Origin: Nannocystales bacterium
Lineage (GTDB): Bacteria > Myxococcota_A > Polyangia > Nannocystales > Nannocystaceae
Length of the DNA stretch: 64,000 bases
Reading direction: 5' to 3'
NCBI GenBank assembly: GCA_050633305.1
Contig: JBOEGF010000002.1
Span: 32,001 to 96,000, forward strand
Shown: piece by piece, positions 59,205 through 64,000 of the stretch
Layout of the letters: each line of letters opens with the position of its first letter
Position numbering within the stretch: the first letter of the stretch is position 1
Translations under genes and position numbers: made by a program
The notes under the pieces: generated by a model
Seen by the model: the letters and a program-made list of their open reading frames with translations, nothing else
Database searches by the model: none
What the model was told of the DNA's origin: nothing

Positions 59205-59683
59205 TGCCGTTCTCCCAACAGTTCGCCGCAATCAAGGTCGGACAAACAAGCGCTCTGCTCGGCGCCAAGCAAGCCAACCTGCTCGGGGTCGAGCCCTGCG
59301 AAGTAGCCCGTGGAACCGTAGCCGTAGCCTGTCGTCCCGTATGGGTAACCCGTCGTCCCGTATGGGTAGCCCGTTGTCCCGTATGGGTAGCCCGTCGACC
59401 CCGAGCCCGACGAACCGCCGCCAGGCCACCCGTCGCCGGTCCCCGAGTCGTTGCTGTCGTTCCCGCCGGGCCCCGTCTCGGTCGAGGCCGCACCACCCGA
59501 GCCACCGGACTCGACGGAGAGCGGCTCCACGTCATTACAAGCGCGGCCGAGGCGGTCGGGGTCGCACGGCGGAATGGCGGGTGCTTCTTCGTCGCATGCG
59601 CTCAAGCCTCCGAGCGAGAATAGAAAGATCCAGTTCGACTTCCGAGACACAGGATTCACCTTCTTTGCCGCTGCGACCTGCAT
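59201..59683 (-). CDS. Small lipoprotein with GYPYGTT repeats
   Basis: GLSAC lipobox; three 21-bp units at 59331-59393; ATGA overlap with next gene. Confidence 0.65.
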   Translation of the reverse strand: MQVAAAKKVNPVSRKSNWIFLFSLGGLSACDEEAPAIPPCDPDRLGRACNDVEPLSVESGGSGGAASTETGPGGNDSNDSGTGDGWPGGGSSGSGSTGYPYGTTGYPYGTTGYPYGTTGYGYGSTGYFAGLDPEQVGLLGAEQSACLSDLDCGELLGERQ

Positions 59684-59828
59684 GCGACGGCGGGCAAGCT
59701 ACCCCGCCCGCCCTGTCGATGCCATCCTGATTTTCCCAGGCGCCGAGAGCCCTCCGTGCGCCGGCGCCGTGGACGCCCATCGCACCCGAGCGAGAGTCGC
59801 GGAACGGCGCCCCTTGGCCCCTACTGGG

Positions 59829-61802
59829 TCAATCCGCGGGCGCGAGAGGCAGAATCACGTGAGAGGCAAAACCGGCCCCATGTCGGACCGTCCACGTCGG
59901 GTCGCCCTCGGCAGGGTAGCGGGCGAAGTTGGCGGCGTCTGCTCCCGCCAACGCGATTCGAATGCGATGGCCAGCTTCGACGCGCACGCTCGTGGGTCGC
60001 AAGCGAAGCGTGACCTCCATCGTTTCACCCGGGACGACCGGCTGTCCGTCGGCCGTTTCGAAACTGTGCAGTGCCGGGGAGTCGGGGTCGACGGCACGAT
60101 GCAGGAGCCGGAGCTGCCCCTCACTCAGGTACGTGACGCTTCCATCGGGCGCGACGTCCTCGAGGTATGCGAACAATGCTCCGTCATCGTGGGTCGTCGA
60201 AAGGTGCACTGTGACCTCAGCCGCCCCCGTGATGCGGGTGTCTGCGGACAGAGGCGCCCCGGTGTACGTGATCAGCTTGTTGTCTTCCTCGGCCCGGTCC
60301 GGATAGATCACATCGCCGTCGAGCTGTGTCCACCAGCGGTTGGTCTGTCCAGTCGTCGCGGTGTAGTCCACAGCGTAGGTCAGGTCGGTCTGTGAAGCCG
60401 GCAGCGCATCGAGCAGGGTACCCGTGCCGAAGAACATCGTGGTTGCCGCCACGTCGGCCGGCGGCCAGGTGTCGGTGGTCCGCCAAACGCCCTCGTTCAT
60501 CGTGTAGTAGCGAATCTCGCGGACATCCTGCACCGACGCATCGCTGGCCAAGTGCTGCGTGAAGAAGTCGACGATGTCGAGCTGCTGTTCTTCCACAGTT
60601 GGCGCAACAGGGGCGTCGGGCGCGAGGTACGGGTCGGCGTCTTCATCGGCCCCGTGGTTCCACGCGCCAATGATCACGCGGTGCGAGCCCTTCGACCCGG
60701 CGTAGACATTGAGCGCCGAGTCGGCTGTTCCGGCGTCGAGCCAGCTCGCCCAGCCGTAGACCGCAGCGCCGCCGCGATCGAGCGCATCCAAGTCCTCCAC
60801 GAACGAGATATCGGCGAACGATGCATCGCCGGCAAAGGCATCGTCGCGGTAGGTCGCGGCAAGACCCGCTTGATGGACGTCGAGATTGTTCGCGTGCCCG
60901 GCGACGGCCTCGGCCGCCAGCGCGCCTTTGGGATCCTCATCCGCCCACTTGGGTCCCCGCAGGACCATCTCCACCGTCGCGCACTCCTCTTCAGGGGCGA
61001 GCGCACAGACGTCCGCGCTGTCCAACACATGGTTGAAGGCCGCCCACTCCTGCACGAAGCGTTCGTTGTAAACGCCTCCGGGCACGCCTGGGGAGTCGTA
61101 GGGGTCCGAGTCGTAGAACCTTGGAACGACAGCTTTCACCCCGCTGCGTCCCGACGTCGCCAGAAACGCTGCGGTGTTGCCGTCGTAGCTCACTCCGACT
61201 GCGCCTACGTTGCCGTTCGACCATGACTGCTCCACCAGCCAGTCGACCACCTCTCCGTGGTCTTCTCGCTCGGCCTCGGTCCAGGGCCCCTGACGGGATC
61301 CGAAAGATGCACCGCTGCCACGGGCATCCACGGTGACATACGCGAAGCCGTGCGCGGTGTATCGCGCGGCCTCCTCGGGGGACTCATCGAACATCGGCAA
61401 GGCCCACTGCATCGCGCGCCAGTATCGAGTCATCCGCATGACCGTGGGAACGGCGTCCCCGTCGAGGGCCGCATCAGGCAGCCAAACATCGACGGCGATC
61501 CGAGTGCCATCGGCCATCTCGATGTAGCGCGACACCCGGGGCGCAAGCGCCTCTCCGCCCGTCGTCGAGGATGAGGAGTCAGTCTCCCCCGTGCTTCCAG
61601 AGTCCGCCGAGGATGTCTCACCTTCGGAGGTCGAGCCCGACGATGACTCGGCACCCACCGTTGCAGCATCGGTCGTCGAGCCAGGCCCAGTCGAACCGTC
61701 GCCCGTCGAGCTTTCGCCACCACCAGAGCTGGAGTCCCCGGTGCAGGCGACAAGGAGTGCGAGTCCGACCATGGTGGCGTGGGATGCTTTGATCCAAGAC
61801 AT
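59829..61802 (-). CDS. CocE/NonD family hydrolase, lipoprotein
   Basis: LVAC lipobox, S/T/G stalk; TRYW, DARGSGAS, GVSYDG nucleophile elbow, GAWNH. Confidence 0.92.
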   Translation of the reverse strand: MSWIKASHATMVGLALLVACTGDSSSGGGESSTGDGSTGPGSTTDAATVGAESSSGSTSEGETSSADSGSTGETDSSSSTTGGEALAPRVSRYIEMADGTRIAVDVWLPDAALDGDAVPTVMRMTRYWRAMQWALPMFDESPEEAARYTAHGFAYVTVDARGSGASFGSRQGPWTEAEREDHGEVVDWLVEQSWSNGNVGAVGVSYDGNTAAFLATSGRSGVKAVVPRFYDSDPYDSPGVPGGVYNERFVQEWAAFNHVLDSADVCALAPEEECATVEMVLRGPKWADEDPKGALAAEAVAGHANNLDVHQAGLAATYRDDAFAGDASFADISFVEDLDALDRGGAAVYGWASWLDAGTADSALNVYAGSKGSHRVIIGAWNHGADEDADPYLAPDAPVAPTVEEQQLDIVDFFTQHLASDASVQDVREIRYYTMNEGVWRTTDTWPPADVAATTMFFGTGTLLDALPASQTDLTYAVDYTATTGQTNRWWTQLDGDVIYPDRAEEDNKLITYTGAPLSADTRITGAAEVTVHLSTTHDDGALFAYLEDVAPDGSVTYLSEGQLRLLHRAVDPDSPALHSFETADGQPVVPGETMEVTLRLRPTSVRVEAGHRIRIALAGADAANFARYPAEGDPTWTVRHGAGFASHVILPLAPAD

Positions 61803-61871
61803 GGCCTGATCGTGAAGCCGCAGGGCCGCCCTGACATCGGACGCCTCATGCCAAAAAGGGGACCCCATGCG

Positions 61872-62912
61872 TCAGACCAATCGCTGCCGAAGCCCGCGGG
61901 GAGACAGCCCACTCCAACGACGGACGGCCCGGCGAAACGCTCGCGCCTCCGAGAAGCCCAACATCGAAGACACCGAGTCAATCGTGAGTTCGTCGTCAAC
62001 GAGAAGCGTGCGACACCGTTGAAACCTGAGCTCGTCCACGAGGTCTCGGTAGCTGGTGTCATGCGACTGCAGCCGCCGCTGGAGGGTTCGATGACCGGTT
62101 CCGAGCGTCCGTGCGACTTGCTCGAGTGACGGCGCACCGCCCTGTGGCAGCGCGTTCACCACCACGCGCCGGATCTCCGCCAACAGGTCTCGCTCCCCGT
62201 CGAGTTTGGAGGTTTGCTCCGACGCCTGACGTTCCAAGAATGCGTAGAGGTCGGCCTCTGCCGACGGGAGCGCGCGGTCCAACCATGCGGCGGGAAAGCG
62301 GAGGTCGTTGAACGGCGCACCAAACGTCACCTCAGCGCCGAAGATGCTTTGGAGATAGCCCAGGTTCGGTCTTCGTGAGTGCTGAAACGAGACCGAGACC
62401 GGTCGACGGCCCAGCCCCGCCCACTCGAACGTCAGCAGAACATACGCCGCCATGACGAACTCGGCCTTGTGGGCGGGCCAACGCGCGCTCGGGTCCGCAG
62501 GGCCGTCGCGAATCACAGCGGTGTCCCCCTCGAGAAACAGAAGGGTCCGAGATGTCTCGTTGAGCAGCGCGCCATGTCGCACCACACACTCGAGCGCCCC
62601 CCGTAGGGTCGGTGCCGAACGAGCCAAGAACCCCACCACACCGAATGTCCCCGCCTCCATCGAACGAGAAGCCGCGCGAGCTCCAAACTCGGGGTCGCCT
62701 GAGGCCTCCCCGCACAGGTCCCACATTTTCGCGTAGGCACCGAACGGCAACCGAGACTCGGATTGCTCGAGAATGCTGGCGTCACCGCCGAGGACGTCGC
62801 GGGCCACCGAGGCTGGCGTCGCGCCCGAGTCTTCGTAGGCGCGAAGGACGGTATTCGCGAGGGACGACAGGACGGTTCCGGAGCAGTTCATGACGAAGTG
62901 GGGCGCCGTCAC
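61872..62912 (-). CDS. AraC family regulator
   Basis: N-terminal ligand domain (FGVVGFLARSAPTLRGAL); RTLQRRL, LGFSEARAFRRAVRRW. Confidence 0.93.
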   Translation of the reverse strand: MTAPHFVMNCSGTVLSSLANTVLRAYEDSGATPASVARDVLGGDASILEQSESRLPFGAYAKMWDLCGEASGDPEFGARAASRSMEAGTFGVVGFLARSAPTLRGALECVVRHGALLNETSRTLLFLEGDTAVIRDGPADPSARWPAHKAEFVMAAYVLLTFEWAGLGRRPVSVSFQHSRRPNLGYLQSIFGAEVTFGAPFNDLRFPAAWLDRALPSAEADLYAFLERQASEQTSKLDGERDLLAEIRRVVVNALPQGGAPSLEQVARTLGTGHRTLQRRLQSHDTSYRDLVDELRFQRCRTLLVDDELTIDSVSSMLGFSEARAFRRAVRRWSGLSPRGLRQRLV

Positions 62913-63168
62913 GACGCCGCGAGGTCAATGTATCTACGCAACGCCGGCACGGGTTGTCGGGCCGCAAGTGGTCGTGTCGCAGATCACCGACGCGATGCGC
63001 TTCTCCCCCAGGAGGGCGACTCCCGGAGTCGTTGGCATGCGAACCCGCGCACCTCGAACGCGCCGCGGTCACACCACGATGCAATCTGCAACACTGGTGT
63101 GGTGTTGCCGCGCCCCTGCGAGGCCGCGGTGGCAGCTCCGGTATCGTTTTGGCAAGGTGAAAGGGTCG

Positions 63169-63966
63169 ATGGAGTGGCTGCGGCCGAACAGACTCGTCGT
63201 GATGACGGCGCTCGTGCTCTCGGGGACAAGCTGCCGCATGCCCAACCCTGCCTTCGATGGGCTCGCGGCGGACTCGGCCGGTGATACGACGGGCGGGGTC
63301 GACTCAGACGACCCCACAGACAGCGACACGTCGCTCTCTCCATCGGGGACGACGCGGTCCGAGGACGGTATGACCGCCTCGAACACCACGAGCGTAGACG
63401 TCACGACGGAATCCGGAAACACAAGTCCGAGCACGACAACGACAACGACAACGACGACGACGGACGGGGACACCACCGACACCACCGGAGCCCCGGAATG
63501 CGGAGCATTGATCTACGAGGTGGCAGGCCCCGAAACAGGGCACATGAACATCGGGCTCGAGACGACCCGGGCTGGCGAAGAGGTCCGCGCCGGTTCGCTT
63601 CTCGAAGGCGAACCCATTCGCTGTTGGTCGGTGTGGCTGAGTCGTGCCGACGCGGACGCAACGGGTGACATTGATGTTGTGATCCGCCGGGTCACCGACG
63701 ACGCGGTTGTCGCTACGTTCGAGGGCATCGGCAGCGCGACAGAGCTCTCGGAGACAACTTCGCTGTACACCTTCACGCTCGCGGCGCCACACACCCTCGA
63801 GCCCGACGACCGCCTGCTCGTCGAGTACGCTGGGCCGTCATCAATCCACCTCGGATGGGTCGACGAAGGCTTCGACGGCGCCCTCACTCGCCGGGTCCGA
63901 TTTGAAATGAACGCCTACCAGTTCGGCAGTGCCCGCGACATCATCGGCACGATGGCGGCGCCCTGA
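63169..63966 (+). CDS. Lipoprotein with Thr-rich stalk
   Basis: LSGTSC followed by RMPNPAFD; poly-Thr tract. Confidence 0.8.
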   Translation: MEWLRPNRLVVMTALVLSGTSCRMPNPAFDGLAADSAGDTTGGVDSDDPTDSDTSLSPSGTTRSEDGMTASNTTSVDVTTESGNTSPSTTTTTTTTTTDGDTTDTTGAPECGALIYEVAGPETGHMNIGLETTRAGEEVRAGSLLEGEPIRCWSVWLSRADADATGDIDVVIRRVTDDAVVATFEGIGSATELSETTSLYTFTLAAPHTLEPDDRLLVEYAGPSSIHLGWVDEGFDGALTRRVRFEMNAYQFGSARDIIGTMAAP

Positions 63967-64000
63967 GGCGCGTGTTGACCTTGTGGCCCCTCCCGGGTCA

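Overview
High-GC window that looks myxobacterial (Nannocystaceae-like). This is inferred from a MYXO-CTERM protein, several Hanks-type kinases, ECF/anti-sigma pairs and about 16 predicted lipoproteins, many with S/T/G/D/E-rich stalks. The left third (1-22 kb) is mostly intact genes: DUF4112 (partial), a secreted protein, a ferritin-like lipoprotein, a TetR-TolC-MFP-RND operon with a perfect 30-bp operator, a Gly-rich lipoprotein, a GAF histidine kinase, a DTW protein, an AlgI plus AlgJ/X-like pair, DUF2007, an HD phosphohydrolase and a Zn-ribbon/Pro-rich/TM/TPR protein. From 22 to 32 kb there are three Ser/Thr kinases and a LysR-centred module in which AhpD, TlpA and tandem-DUF1330 proteins all carry lipoprotein signals. 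From 32 to 58 kb is a plasticity zone: intact, mostly lipoprotein genes and a second TetR-RND operon (ending in an ECF sigma) are interleaved with about a dozen gene remnants, including a tyrosine recombinase, FG-GAP, IS3, T5orf172, an ABC1 kinase and two same-orientation IS91-like ends. The right end holds VOC/LysR, an 11-bp VNTR, two small lipoproteins, CocE/AraC and another lipoprotein. I saw no tRNA, rRNA or CRISPR array. Family calls come from motif recognition by eye; no searches were run. I found no unambiguous novel system. The best candidates are the exported redox module, the ferritin-like lipoprotein and the IS91-bounded gene mosaic.
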